Source: Methylophaga sp. (lineage in GTDB: Bacteria > Pseudomonadota > Gammaproteobacteria > Nitrosococcales > Methylophagaceae). Taken from it: DNA of 64,000 nucleotides. The stretch is from positions 2,113 to 66,112 of the forward strand of contig JBBEBX010000008.1 of assembly GCA_040882115.1 (NCBI GenBank), read 5' to 3'. The notes below the pieces were generated by a model, which was not told the origin of the DNA, did no database searches, and saw only the letters and a list, made by a program, of their open reading frames with translations. Both the position numbers and the translations under genes were made by a program. The stretch's first letter is position 1; the number at the start of each line of letters is the position of its first letter. This document shows positions 8,287 through 18,132 of the stretch, in pieces.

Positions 8287-9665
8287 GTCAAACCATGATT
8301 ATGGTCGTTGAAGACGACGCCAATTTACGTCATGCCCTGTGCGATACATTAGAGCTGGCCGGTTATCAGGTGACCGCCACTGACCACGGTCAGCAGGCGC
8401 TGGATAAACTCAGCAGTGAGCCGATTGGCCTGTTGCTCAGTGATCTGCAAATGCAGCCGATGGATGGTCACACGTTGTTGAAAAAAGCCCGTGCCATGCT
8501 GCCGTCATTGCCTGTGGTCATGATGACGGCTTATGGGTCGGTGCAAAGTGCCGTTGAAGCCATGCACGAAGGCGCTTGCGATTACCTGATGAAACCGTTT
8601 AACGCTGATGATTTGCTGGAACGGGTGCAGCGTTATGTACGTACCTTGCCACCAGCCGATAATGTTGTTGCCAGTGCGCCAAGTTCCAAAAATCTGCTGA
8701 CCCTGGCACAGCGTGTTGCGGCCAGTGACGCCACGGTGTTATTGAATGGCGAAAGTGGTACTGGTAAAGAAGTTTTATCGCGATATATTCACCGGCACTC
8801 ACCGCGTAAGGATGGGCCGTTTATCGCCATTAACTGTGCGGCGATCCCGGAATCGATGCTGGAAGCGACCTTGTTCGGTTATGAAAAAGGCGCTTTTACC
8901 GGCGCCAGCCAGGCCTATGCCGGTAAATTTGAGCAAGCCCATCAGGGCACTATTTTGCTTGATGAAATTTCTGAAATGGATTTAACACTGCAGGCCAAAT
9001 TATTACGGGTGTTACAGGAACGTGAAGTTGAGCGCATCGGTGGTCGTAAAGTAATTTCTTTGGATGTGCGGGTTATCGCCACCACCAACCGGACGCTGCG
9101 CGATGAAGTCGCTAATGGCCGCTTCCGGGAAGATTTGTTTTACCGGCTGAATGTATTTCCGTTGAAATTATTGCCACTGCGCCAGCGGGTTGAAGATATT
9201 CAGCCGCTTGCTGAGCAGATTTTGCAACGCCACAGTGAACAACAAAACCGCAATACACCGCAGCTCAGCCCGGAAGCAATCGCACAAATGCTGGCCCATC
9301 AATGGCCGGGCAATGTTCGCGAGTTGGATAATGTGTTGCAACGGGCGCTGATTTTACAGCCCGGCATGACTCTGAATGCCGAAGATTTGGCATTTGAAGC
9401 CATGTCGCAGCTATCTCAAACATCAGAAGTGAGTCAGCCCGTTGAGACAGCAGAAGCCGTTGTTGCGCCCGACGACATTCAGGATAGCGATCTGCGTGGT
9501 CATGAGCAGCGTCACATTCTCGACACACTCAGTAAATATCGCGGCAGTCGCCGGCAAACTGCCAAAGAGTTAGGGATCAGCGAACGCACGCTGCGTTACA
9601 AGATCTCGCGCTTTCGTGAGCAGGGGATTGCCATTCCCGGCAAATCTGGCAAGCAATCTGCATAA
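8283..9665 (+). CDS. fleR: sigma54-dependent response regulator FleR/FlrC
   Basis: Receiver (VEDD...SDLQM), AAA+ with GESGTGKE and GAFTGA, HTH; ATGA overlap with fleS. Confidence 0.95.
   Translation: MSQTMIMVVEDDANLRHALCDTLELAGYQVTATDHGQQALDKLSSEPIGLLLSDLQMQPMDGHTLLKKARAMLPSLPVVMMTAYGSVQSAVEAMHEGACDYLMKPFNADDLLERVQRYVRTLPPADNVVASAPSSKNLLTLAQRVAASDATVLLNGESGTGKEVLSRYIHRHSPRKDGPFIAINCAAIPESMLEATLFGYEKGAFTGASQAYAGKFEQAHQGTILLDEISEMDLTLQAKLLRVLQEREVERIGGRKVISLDVRVIATTNRTLRDEVANGRFREDLFYRLNVFPLKLLPLRQRVEDIQPLAEQILQRHSEQQNRNTPQLSPEAIAQMLAHQWPGNVRELDNVLQRALILQPGMTLNAEDLAFEAMSQLSQTSEVSQPVETAEAVVAPDDIQDSDLRGHEQRHILDTLSKYRGSRRQTAKELGISERTLRYKISRFREQGIAIPGKSGKQSA
9647..9662 (+). promoter_or_regulatory. 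sigma54 promoter of the fliE operon, inside the last codons of fleR
   Basis: TGGCAAGCAATCTGCA: GG 9648-49, GC 9660-61. Confidence 0.7.
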
Positions 9666-9700
9666 GCCTTACACGTGTCATTTTTATAGCAGGAGTTATT

Positions 9701-10030
9701 ATGATCAACGCTATCGATCCCAATCAGTTGCTGACCCAACTACGTGCCATGCAAGGTCAGGCGCAAAGTGCACCGGTTAATCCGCAGCAGATCAACAGCA
9801 ATAATCAGGTCGATTTCGGCGATTTGATGAAAAGCGCGGTGAATCAGGTCAATGGCCTGCAGCAAACTTCTGCATCAATGAGTAAAGGATTCGAAATGGG
9901 TGATCCCAATATCAATCTCAGCGATGTGATGATTGCATCACAAAAATCCAGCGTTGCCTTTGAGGCGACCGTACAGGTTCGTAATAAACTAGTCGAGGCG
10001 TATCAAGAAGTTATGCGCATGTCGATTTAA
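9701..10030 (+). CDS. fliE: Hook-basal body complex protein FliE
   Basis: LSDVMIASQKSSVAFEATVQVRNKLVEAYQEVMRMSI. Confidence 0.97.
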   Translation: MINAIDPNQLLTQLRAMQGQAQSAPVNPQQINSNNQVDFGDLMKSAVNQVNGLQQTSASMSKGFEMGDPNINLSDVMIASQKSSVAFEATVQVRNKLVEAYQEVMRMSI

Positions 10031-10061
10031 GCCTTTTGCTTTGACTGAATAAGAGCACGCT

Positions 10062-11726
10062 ATGGAAAACGCACCAGCCTCAACTGCCCGGCCAACGAGC
10101 AATACACCACTGTCGATTATGCAAGGCAATATGGCCCGGCAGCCGGCGGTCAAGCAAATCATCTTTTTGCTGGCCATTGCTGCCAGTATTGCCCTCGGTG
10201 GTTATATTCTGATGTGGTCGCAAACACCGGCTTATCAGGTGTTGTTTTCGGGAATGCAGCCGCAGGAATCAGCTGAAGTTGTCGAAACGCTGAATCAAAT
10301 GGGTGTCAGTTACAAACTGGAACAAAGCAGTGGTGCCATTATGGTGCCGGCAGCCGATTTGCAAAGTCTGCGGTTGAAACTGGCTGCAGAAGGTTTGCCG
10401 CGCAGCACTGCACAGGGCATGGAAATGCTCAATCAAGAACAAGGCTTTGGCACCAGTCAGTTTATCGAGCAAGCGCGTTATCAGCGGGCCATGGAGCAAG
10501 AGTTGGCACGCTCGGTCAGTGAATTACAAAATGTCCGTAGTGCCCGGGTGCATCTGGCGATCCCCAAACAATCGGTATTTGTTCGTGATCGGCGGCCGCC
10601 AACAGCATCTGTGGTCGTTAATTTATATGCCGGACGCAGCTTGGAACGCGGGCATATTGCCGCGGTGACGCATATGGTGGCATCCAGTGTGCCGAATATG
10701 AACAGCAGTGATGTCACCGTTGTTGATCAACGCGGTAATTTACTGAGCCAGCCAGAACGTGATGCCAATATTGCGCTCAGCGACAGTCAGCTGGAATACA
10801 CCCAAAAATTAGAACAGCGTTATATTCGCCGAATCGAAGATATTCTGGCGCCGATGGTGGGTTTACAAGGCGTACGGGCGCAAGTGGTGGCCGATGTTGA
10901 TTTCACCATGACCGAACAAACTGCCGAAAGTTATAACCCGGATTTAGCCGCGATTCGCAGTGAACAACTCAGCGAAGATGAACGGGTTGGCGGCGTTGGT
11001 GCCGGCGGTGTGCCCGGTGCTTTGGCTAACCAACCGCCGGGTGGTGGCGTGGCACCGGAGCAAGTTGTTGATGAAGCCGCTGAAGGCGAAGCCGTGGCAC
11101 CAGCGGTGATCCCTGGCTCAAACAGCAGCCGTACCATCCGTAACTACGAACTGGATCGGACGATCAGTCATAGCCGTTTGGCGCCCGGTGATATTCGTAA
11201 ACTGAATGTGGCCGTGCTGATAGATGAGCCGGTCAATGCGGCGGGTGAGGCAACCCCGATGTCTGAAGTACAAATGAATCGTATTAATTCGCTGGTCCGT
11301 GATGCCGTTGGCTTTAACGAAGCGCGCGGCGACAGCCTGAATGTGGTTAGCGCACCGTTTAAAGCGCCAATTGAAGCAGAGCCTTTGCCAGCGGTGCCGA
11401 TCTGGGAACAAGCCTGGGCATGGGATTTGGGCAAACAAATTCTTGGCGCACTGGTGGTGTTGTTCTTAATCTTTGGTGTGTTGCGACCTGCCTTTAAAGA
11501 TCTGAATAAAACACCGGCCGGATTACCCAATCAGGCTGGTAGTGATGAAGCTGCTGAACAGGCCCGTCAAGCGATTGCCGCTAGCGCCAATAATGAAGAC
11601 ATTGCTAAACTGACAGCAGGTTCTGACCGGATGGAAGCACACATGAATAATGTTCGCAGTCTGGTGCAGCAGGATCCGGCCCTGGTCGCCCAGGTGGTAA
11701 AAAACTGGACAGCGAGTGATGCCTGA
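10062..11726 (+). CDS. fliF: MS-ring protein FliF
   Basis: Two TM segments; GFGTSQFIEQARYQRAMEQELARS, SARVHLAIPK, NYELDRTI motifs. Confidence 0.97.
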   Translation: MENAPASTARPTSNTPLSIMQGNMARQPAVKQIIFLLAIAASIALGGYILMWSQTPAYQVLFSGMQPQESAEVVETLNQMGVSYKLEQSSGAIMVPAADLQSLRLKLAAEGLPRSTAQGMEMLNQEQGFGTSQFIEQARYQRAMEQELARSVSELQNVRSARVHLAIPKQSVFVRDRRPPTASVVVNLYAGRSLERGHIAAVTHMVASSVPNMNSSDVTVVDQRGNLLSQPERDANIALSDSQLEYTQKLEQRYIRRIEDILAPMVGLQGVRAQVVADVDFTMTEQTAESYNPDLAAIRSEQLSEDERVGGVGAGGVPGALANQPPGGGVAPEQVVDEAAEGEAVAPAVIPGSNSSRTIRNYELDRTISHSRLAPGDIRKLNVAVLIDEPVNAAGEATPMSEVQMNRINSLVRDAVGFNEARGDSLNVVSAPFKAPIEAEPLPAVPIWEQAWAWDLGKQILGALVVLFLIFGVLRPAFKDLNKTPAGLPNQAGSDEAAEQARQAIAASANNEDIAKLTAGSDRMEAHMNNVRSLVQQDPALVAQVVKNWTASDA

Positions 11727-12736
11727 TGGCGGAACAAAGCCGAAAACTAACGGGCACTGAAAAAGCCGCGGTATTTTTGCGCAGCATTGGTGAAGCCGAT
11801 GCGGCGCTGGTGCTCAAACATATGAGCCCGAAAGAGGTACAAAAAGTCGGCGCGGCCATGGCAACGCTGAGCAATGTCAGTCGTGACGAAGTACAAAATG
11901 TCATGAGTAACTTTGTCGATACCGTCGAAAAAGAAACGGGGCTGGGTATCGGCTCGCATGATTACGTTCGTAAAATGCTGGTTGGCGCCCTGGGTGAAGA
12001 CCGTGCCGGCAGTCTGTTGGATCGGATTTTGTCCGGCGGTAATACCAATGGCCTGGATCAGCTGAAATGGATGGATGCCCGCGGTATTTATGAAGTTATT
12101 CGTCTGGAACATCCGCAAATTGTGGCGATTGTCTGTTCTTTTTTAGAATCAGATCAGGCGGCCGCGGTATTACATATGTTTCCGGAGCGTGATCAGGCAA
12201 CTATCTTACTGCGCATTGCGACGCTGGATGGTGTGCAGCCAGCGGCATTGAATGAGCTTAACGAAATTCTCGAAAAACAATTTTCCGGGAATGCCGGCAC
12301 CCAGACGGCCACTGTCGGTGGACCCAAAACCGCAGCGGATATTCTTAATTTTGTCGATGGCAGCACGGAAGCGGCGATCATGGAGAGAATCAAAGAAGCC
12401 GAGCCAGATCTGGGACAAAACATCGAAGATCTGATGTTTGTCTTCGACAACCTGATCGATGTCGATGATCGCGGTATTCAAACCCTGATGCGTGAAATTC
12501 AGTCGGATCAACTGCAGTTAGCGCTGAAAGGTGCTGACGATAACCTCAAGGAAAAATTCCTGAAAAACATGTCGCAGCGTGCTGCTGAAATGCTGCGTGA
12601 TGATCTGGAGGCAATGGGGCCGGTTCGGGTCAGTGACGTGGAAAGCGCCCAAAAAGCTATTCTGGCCACAGCCCGCAGCCTGTCTGAAAAAGGCGAGATT
12701 GTTTTAGGCGGTGGTGGTGGCGATGACTTCATCTGA
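11726..12736 (+). CDS. fliG: Motor switch protein FliG
   Basis: EHPQIVA, MFVFDNL, GPVRVSDVESAQ motifs. Confidence 0.98.
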   Translation: MAEQSRKLTGTEKAAVFLRSIGEADAALVLKHMSPKEVQKVGAAMATLSNVSRDEVQNVMSNFVDTVEKETGLGIGSHDYVRKMLVGALGEDRAGSLLDRILSGGNTNGLDQLKWMDARGIYEVIRLEHPQIVAIVCSFLESDQAAAVLHMFPERDQATILLRIATLDGVQPAALNELNEILEKQFSGNAGTQTATVGGPKTAADILNFVDGSTEAAIMERIKEAEPDLGQNIEDLMFVFDNLIDVDDRGIQTLMREIQSDQLQLALKGADDNLKEKFLKNMSQRAAEMLRDDLEAMGPVRVSDVESAQKAILATARSLSEKGEIVLGGGGGDDFI

Positions 12737-13412
12737 TGACGACGTTGTAACTACTGAACAAGCTGATGTGCTGTCCGCTGATGAACTGGCCAATGCCTAT
12801 CAGCGCTGGGAAGCACCGCGCATGGTGTCGGTGGAAGATATCGAACAGGGTAAACATAAGCCGCTGACCGTTGCTGCCATCGAAAAACTGCATGAAGAAA
12901 CCCGTCAGGAAGCCTTTAAAAATGGTTACGAAGAAGGCCATAAATCGGGTTATGAAGCCGGTATCGCCGCAGGCCAGAAACATATCAAACAGCAAGTGGC
13001 GCAGTGGCAAAAATTGATCGAACATTTGAATGCACCACTGTCGGCATTAGACGATCAGGTCGAGCAGGATTTACTGCAACTGGTGCAAACGCTGGCGCAG
13101 CAATTTATTCAGTATGAGTTGCAATTACAGCCTGAGCGGGTCGTCGATGCCATGCGCGCAGCTTTGGCTGCCTTGCCAATTAATGACCGCAAATTAAAAA
13201 TCTTTTTACACCCACAAGATGTTGAGTTGGTGAAGGCTGGTTTGGCGCTGGATCATGAGGATGCGCGTTGGCAGTGGCTGGAAGATCCCTTGTTGACCCG
13301 TGGTGGCGTGCGATTGGAAACGGCTGATACCAGTGTCGATGCCAGTGTTGAGGCGCGCCTTTCGCGGTTAATTGAAAAAATGTTGGGTGAGCGTCGTGAC
13401 CCAACCGAATAA
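12723..13412 (+). CDS. fliH: Flagellar export protein FliH
   Basis: GYEEG/GYEAG repeats, LHPQD, RGGVRLET; start approximate. Confidence 0.93.
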   Translation: MTSSDDDVVTTEQADVLSADELANAYQRWEAPRMVSVEDIEQGKHKPLTVAAIEKLHEETRQEAFKNGYEEGHKSGYEAGIAAGQKHIKQQVAQWQKLIEHLNAPLSALDDQVEQDLLQLVQTLAQQFIQYELQLQPERVVDAMRAALAALPINDRKLKIFLHPQDVELVKAGLALDHEDARWQWLEDPLLTRGGVRLETADTSVDASVEARLSRLIEKMLGERRDPTE

Positions 13413-14799
13413 ATTTGGCGCAGCGCGCTGGCACCAGCAACTCAGTGATTATCAGCAGCGGCTGGAACGGGCCGATCACAGTTCATCGGTTAATGTCGAA
13501 GGGCGTTTAACCCGCATGGTGGGCCTGACCCTGGAAGCGGTCGGATTTCAGGCACCTATTGGCAGCCGTTGTGAAATTCATGCCAAAGGTCAGCAGCCGG
13601 TCGAAGCTGAAGTTGTCGGCTTTCATGACGAAACCCTGTATTTGATGCCAACCGGTGATATGCGGGGTTTAGTGCCCAATGCCAAAGTCCGGCCGGTACG
13701 CAGTGATTCACAGGTGCCGGTAGGCGAGGCATTACTCGGCCGGGTAGTTGATGGTGCTTGTAAACCGCTGGATGGCAAAGGGCCACTAAAAGTAAAAGAT
13801 CGGGTGCCGTTGCATGGTCAGCCGGTGAATCCGCTGGCCAGAGCGCCGATCAGGCAGCATTTGGATGTGGGCGTACAGGCCATTAACGCTTTGCTCAGTG
13901 TCGGCCGTGGTCAGCGGATGGGGCTGTTTGCCGGCAGTGGTGTCGGTAAAAGTGTGTTGCTGGGCATGATGACGCGCTTTACTGAAGCCGATGTGATTGT
14001 GGTCGGTCTGATTGGTGAACGGGGTCGTGAGGTTAAAGAGTTTATCGAAGATATTCTCGGCGAAACTGGCTTAAAGCGGGCAGTGGTGGTGGCGTCACCT
14101 GCTGATCATTCGCCGCTGATGCGTTTGCATGGCGCGATGCTGGCGACCAGTATCGCCGAGTATTTTCGCGATCAAGGCAAACAAGTGTTACTGCTGATGG
14201 ATTCGCTGACCCGTTATGCACAGGCGCAACGGGAAATTGCCCTGGCTATTGGTGAGCCACCGGCGACCAAGGGCTATCCGCCCTCGGTGTTTTCATTATT
14301 GCCACAGCTGGTCGAACGCGCAGGTAATGGCGAAGCCGGCAAAGGTGCAATCACGGCTATTTATACGGTGTTGACTGAAGGGGATGATCAGCAAGATCCG
14401 GTGGCCGATGCGGCACGTGCCATTCTTGATGGCCATATTGTGTTATCGCGGCAATTGGCGGAATCCGGTGTTTATCCGGCGATAGATGTAGAAGCATCGA
14501 TCAGCCGGGTTATGCCGCAGGTTGTTGACAGCAAACATCTTCAACAGGCGCAATTATTCAAACAAATTTATGCCACCTACCGGCAAAATCAGGATCTGAT
14601 CAATATCGGTGCCTACAGCGCTGGCAGTGATCCGCAGATTGATCATGCGATTCAGATGTTTCCGAAATTACGTAATTTATTGAAACAGGACATGCATCAA
14701 GCGCATGATTGGCAACAGAGCGTTAATAATCTGCAACAAACCTTGCAGGCGCCGCCCGCCGCTGCCAATCCGCCGTCGCGGGCAGCAAATACACGCTAA
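13396..14799 (+). CDS. fliI: Flagellar export ATPase FliI
   Basis: GLFAGSGVGKS Walker A, LLMDSLTRYAQAQRE, ILDGHIVLSR; GTG start approximate. Confidence 0.97.
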   Translation: MTQPNKFGAARWHQQLSDYQQRLERADHSSSVNVEGRLTRMVGLTLEAVGFQAPIGSRCEIHAKGQQPVEAEVVGFHDETLYLMPTGDMRGLVPNAKVRPVRSDSQVPVGEALLGRVVDGACKPLDGKGPLKVKDRVPLHGQPVNPLARAPIRQHLDVGVQAINALLSVGRGQRMGLFAGSGVGKSVLLGMMTRFTEADVIVVGLIGERGREVKEFIEDILGETGLKRAVVVASPADHSPLMRLHGAMLATSIAEYFRDQGKQVLLLMDSLTRYAQAQREIALAIGEPPATKGYPPSVFSLLPQLVERAGNGEAGKGAITAIYTVLTEGDDQQDPVADAARAILDGHIVLSRQLAESGVYPAIDVEASISRVMPQVVDSKHLQQAQLFKQIYATYRQNQDLINIGAYSAGSDPQIDHAIQMFPKLRNLLKQDMHQAHDWQQSVNNLQQTLQAPPAAANPPSRAANTR

Positions 14800-14817
14800 T
14801 CACCGGACAAATAGTCT

Positions 14818-15261
14818 ATGGCACGCGCCCAAAAGCTGATTCCAGTCATTGATATGGCCCGTCGGGAAACTGAGCAAGCCCAGCTGCAACTGGCTGATGC
14901 CAATCGATTACTGCATCAGGAACAGCAGCAGTTGCAGGATTTGCAGCATTACCGGCAGGTCTATTTGCAGCGCTTTCGCAGCGCCGATCCGCAGGTTATG
15001 TCAGCACGTAAGGCCATTGAGCTACGCAGTTTTCTGGTGCAGTTGGACCAGGCGATTCAGTTACAGGAATCACAGGTTCGACAGTACCTGAGTCAGTCAC
15101 AACATAAACAACAAATCTGGCTGCAAGCGCGCAGCAAACAGCAAGCCATGGAAACCTTGCTGGAGCGTTATCAGCAGCAGGATATGCAGCAACAACAGCG
15201 GCGTGAACAATTGCTCACCGACGAATTCAGTGCCCAGATATGGCGTCGCAAACAGCCCTGA
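14818..15261 (+). CDS. fliJ: Flagellar export protein FliJ
   Basis: 147-aa coiled coil after fliI; FLVQLDQAI, EQLLTDEF. Confidence 0.9.
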   Translation: MARAQKLIPVIDMARRETEQAQLQLADANRLLHQEQQQLQDLQHYRQVYLQRFRSADPQVMSARKAIELRSFLVQLDQAIQLQESQVRQYLSQSQHKQQIWLQARSKQQAMETLLERYQQQDMQQQQRREQLLTDEFSAQIWRRKQP

Positions 15262-15317
15262 GATAAAAAGCCAAAAATCCGACTGCGGAAATGTCACTGC
15301 CGGCCGATAAGTCTTAT

Positions 15318-15614
15318 ATGACTAAGCCGGAAATACAAACAGTGCAATTTGCTTCGCGGCTGACTATTGCCGAGACCCCGGATTGGTATATACGATTACT
15401 GACGCTGCTGCTGGATAGTAATGTATTAACTATCGACCTGCATGCAGTGACACGAATCGATACAGCCGGTTTACAATTGCTATGTTGCTTTGCCAGAGAA
15501 GCAGCGCGTCTGCAAGTGACGCTAAACTGGCAGCCATTGCCGGAATCTGTACAACAAGCATTGGATCTTGCTGGTCTGGAACTGGCGGGCATTGAAACGG
15601 CAATTAGGGAGTAA
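15318..15614 (+). CDS. STAS-domain protein (anti-anti-sigma/MlaB-like)
   Basis: LTIA...IDLHAVTRIDTAGLQLL STAS signature; alternative start at 15291. Confidence 0.85.
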   Translation: MTKPEIQTVQFASRLTIAETPDWYIRLLTLLLDSNVLTIDLHAVTRIDTAGLQLLCCFAREAARLQVTLNWQPLPESVQQALDLAGLELAGIETAIRE

Positions 15615-15616
15615 CC

Positions 15617-15979
15617 ATGGCGGTCATTTTAAGCGTTGATGATTCTGCATCATTACGACAAATGTTGATGATCACGCTGCAAAATGCCGGTCATCGGGTG
15701 GTTAGTGCAGAGGATGGCCGCACGGCCTTTGAACTGGCACAACAATATCCCTTTGATCTGATTCTCACTGATTTTAATATGCCGCAATTAGATGGCCCGG
15801 GGCTTATCAAGGCGCTGCGCGCCGAACCGGCTTACCAGCACACGCCCATGCTGTTGCTGACTACCGAAGATGCGCCGGAAAAAAAACAACTGGGAAAAAC
15901 TGCCGGCGCTACCGGTTGGCTAAGGAAACCAGTTGATGCCCAACAACTATTGATGACTATCGACAGGCTGCTGGGCTGA
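15617..15979 (+). CDS. cheY: CheY-like single-domain response regulator (F7/F8-type)
   Basis: D8-D9, phospho-D52 (TDFNMP), LTTE, KP; GKTAGATGWL typical of F7/F8 CheY. Confidence 0.9.
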   Translation: MAVILSVDDSASLRQMLMITLQNAGHRVVSAEDGRTAFELAQQYPFDLILTDFNMPQLDGPGLIKALRAEPAYQHTPMLLLTTEDAPEKKQLGKTAGATGWLRKPVDAQQLLMTIDRLLG

Positions 15980-15985
15980 GCCGGT

Positions 15986-17749
15986 ATGACGATGACTGTG
16001 CAGGTTGCGAGCCTATCAGCACTCTTTATTGAAGAAAGCCGGCAATTGCTGATGCAAATCGAGCAGGGCTGGCAACAAGCGCAGTCCGGCGATATACAGT
16101 GGCGCAGCCAAATGCTGCGGCAACTGCATCAGCTGAAAGGTATGGCAGCAAGCTTTAACCAATCCGCTGTAGCCGATTGTTGCCATCAACTGGAAACACA
16201 GCTCAATCAACAAGATTCAGCAATGTCTCCGGAACAGGCCATTGCGGTCAGTCAAACGCTGTGCATGCTGCATGACATTTTGCACAGTGTTAAATATGTT
16301 GCACAGACACCTGCGATTGAGACGCCTGAGCAGATCACGACAGCGAATGAGCAGCTTTGGCGGATTGATTTCAAACCGTTACCGGGCTTTTTTGCCAATG
16401 GCCAGGACCCGCTGCATTACCTGAAACAACTGCAACAGCTGGGTGATATGACGGTGCTTGCCGATACCAGTCAGTTACCGGTCTTTGCTGATTTTGATGC
16501 CAGCCAGCCGTGTTTAAGCTGGCAGGTAACGCTAAAAACGGATGTTGATGAACAAAGCCTCTGGCAGCTGTTTGATTGGGTTAAAGAACTGTGTCAGGTC
16601 AATATAACTGCCTTAAATGAAATCCCGCCGCCAATGCAGTCGCCAGCGCCAGCGCGGCAATCGCCGCTGAATGACATTATGCGTCGGCATCAGCAACAGT
16701 TGGCTTGGTTGCAGGAGTTACAACAAGCTGCGCAGGGTTTGCCATCGTCGTTGCAAAATCGTCTGGAGCAATTGCAATTGGCGCAGTCGCAAAATTATCT
16801 GGATTTGCAAAAACTGATGCTCAAGCCATTAAGCACGGCTTACCAGCGCCTGCCGGGTTTGTTACAAACCATTTGTAAACAGACTGGCAAACAAGCGGAT
16901 TTGGTACTGCCTTCACAGCCAATCTGGTTGCCGGCAATGACATTGGATTTGATCAGTGATGTGTTGATCCAACTGCTACGCAATGCTATTGCCCATGGCA
17001 TTGAGTCACCTGATTCGCGCCTTGCTGCCGGCAAATCCCCACAGGGGCAAATTGCGATTGAACATTACCTGGATGGCTTGCAACTGAAGCTGCATTTTTA
17101 TGATGATGGTTGCGGTTTGCAAAGCGAAAAAATTCTTGCCGCGGCCGGTGAAAACACCAGTGCCGATATTCACGAGTTGATTTTTCAGGCGGGTCTGAGC
17201 ACGACCCGTATGCCAGATTTACTAGCTGGTCGGGGGATTGGCCTGGATCTGGTACGCCAGCATATTCAGCAATTGCAAGGGCACATCAGCGTGGCCTCAG
17301 ATAATGCAGGATGTGCTTTCCATATCAGCATACCGCTGCCGCAAACCCTGCAAGTACTTCAGGCGGTGGCGGTGGCCGATCAGATATTTGTGGTGTCGCC
17401 GGAGTGCATCATTGCCGATTTGCCTGCCAGCAGTTTGCCATTACGCCAGGTCAGCGGTCGCGGTGAATTTGTTGAATATCAGCAGCAGTGGTGGCCGGTA
17501 TGGGATATCAGACAACGCTTAAAACTGGTTGGCCCGATGCCTGAAGACAGCCGTTTACTGATTATGCGTGAGCAGGGGCGGCAGTATATGCTGCGAGTGG
17601 ATAAGCTGCTGCTTCCGGCAGAGTATTTGCTTAGTGATGTTCAGCGTCATTATCAGTCGTTGCCGGGCGTAGTGGCATTGGCAACGAATGGCGGCCTGCA
17701 GCCCGCCTTGTGGCTGCAATGGCAACAGATTTTTGGTGAGCGTAAATGA
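15986..17749 (+). CDS. Divergent CheA-like histidine kinase (HPt-P2-P3-HATPase-CheW)
   Basis: HPt H48 (LHQLKG), P2-like WRIDFKP...QDPL...LQQLG, N-box LLRNAIAHG, DDGCGL, GRGIGLDLV, C-terminal CheW-like domain. Confidence 0.85.
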   Translation: MTMTVQVASLSALFIEESRQLLMQIEQGWQQAQSGDIQWRSQMLRQLHQLKGMAASFNQSAVADCCHQLETQLNQQDSAMSPEQAIAVSQTLCMLHDILHSVKYVAQTPAIETPEQITTANEQLWRIDFKPLPGFFANGQDPLHYLKQLQQLGDMTVLADTSQLPVFADFDASQPCLSWQVTLKTDVDEQSLWQLFDWVKELCQVNITALNEIPPPMQSPAPARQSPLNDIMRRHQQQLAWLQELQQAAQGLPSSLQNRLEQLQLAQSQNYLDLQKLMLKPLSTAYQRLPGLLQTICKQTGKQADLVLPSQPIWLPAMTLDLISDVLIQLLRNAIAHGIESPDSRLAAGKSPQGQIAIEHYLDGLQLKLHFYDDGCGLQSEKILAAAGENTSADIHELIFQAGLSTTRMPDLLAGRGIGLDLVRQHIQQLQGHISVASDNAGCAFHISIPLPQTLQVLQAVAVADQIFVVSPECIIADLPASSLPLRQVSGRGEFVEYQQQWWPVWDIRQRLKLVGPMPEDSRLLIMREQGRQYMLRVDKLLLPAEYLLSDVQRHYQSLPGVVALATNGGLQPALWLQWQQIFGERK

Positions 17750-18132
17750 ATCCATCATCACAGTGGCTGCTGTTTCGGCGTGGCCGGCAAGGTTTTGCGG
17801 TTGCAGCTGATGCGCTCGTCTGTCAGTTATCGGCTTTTGCTTGTGCCGTTTTGCCGGATGCGCCTGCGGGTATTGTCGGCTTATTCAGTTTTGCCGGTGA
17901 GGCGCTGCCCATGTTAGATATGGCTGCAGTTGCCGGTGACTTAGCCGAGCCAACAGGTAATTGTCTGATCATCAGTATTGATGCAAAACGACAATTGGGA
18001 TTGCTCAGTGATGATGTCGCGGTGTTAACGAATACCGTACCCGAACAGGATGCGATAGTTATCGACGACAAACACTACAAATTATTAAACGCGCCGGTAC
18101 TCATACAATTGCTGGCCGGAGCAGCGGACTGA
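17746..18132 (+). CDS. Short, degenerate CheW-like protein
   Basis: LPDAPAGIVGLFSFAGEALPMLD aligns to CheW core but lacks NLRG; ATGA overlap with the cheA-like gene. Confidence 0.65.
   Translation: MNPSSQWLLFRRGRQGFAVAADALVCQLSAFACAVLPDAPAGIVGLFSFAGEALPMLDMAAVAGDLAEPTGNCLIISIDAKRQLGLLSDDVAVLTNTVPEQDAIVIDDKHYKLLNAPVLIQLLAGAAD

Noticed and set aside
15303-15310. Perfect sigma28 -10 (GCCGATAA) 7 nt before the STAS ATG, which would give the cassette its own leaderless FliA promoter
   Set aside because: The -35 position (15284-15287) reads TGCG rather than TAAA; not supportable without TSS data
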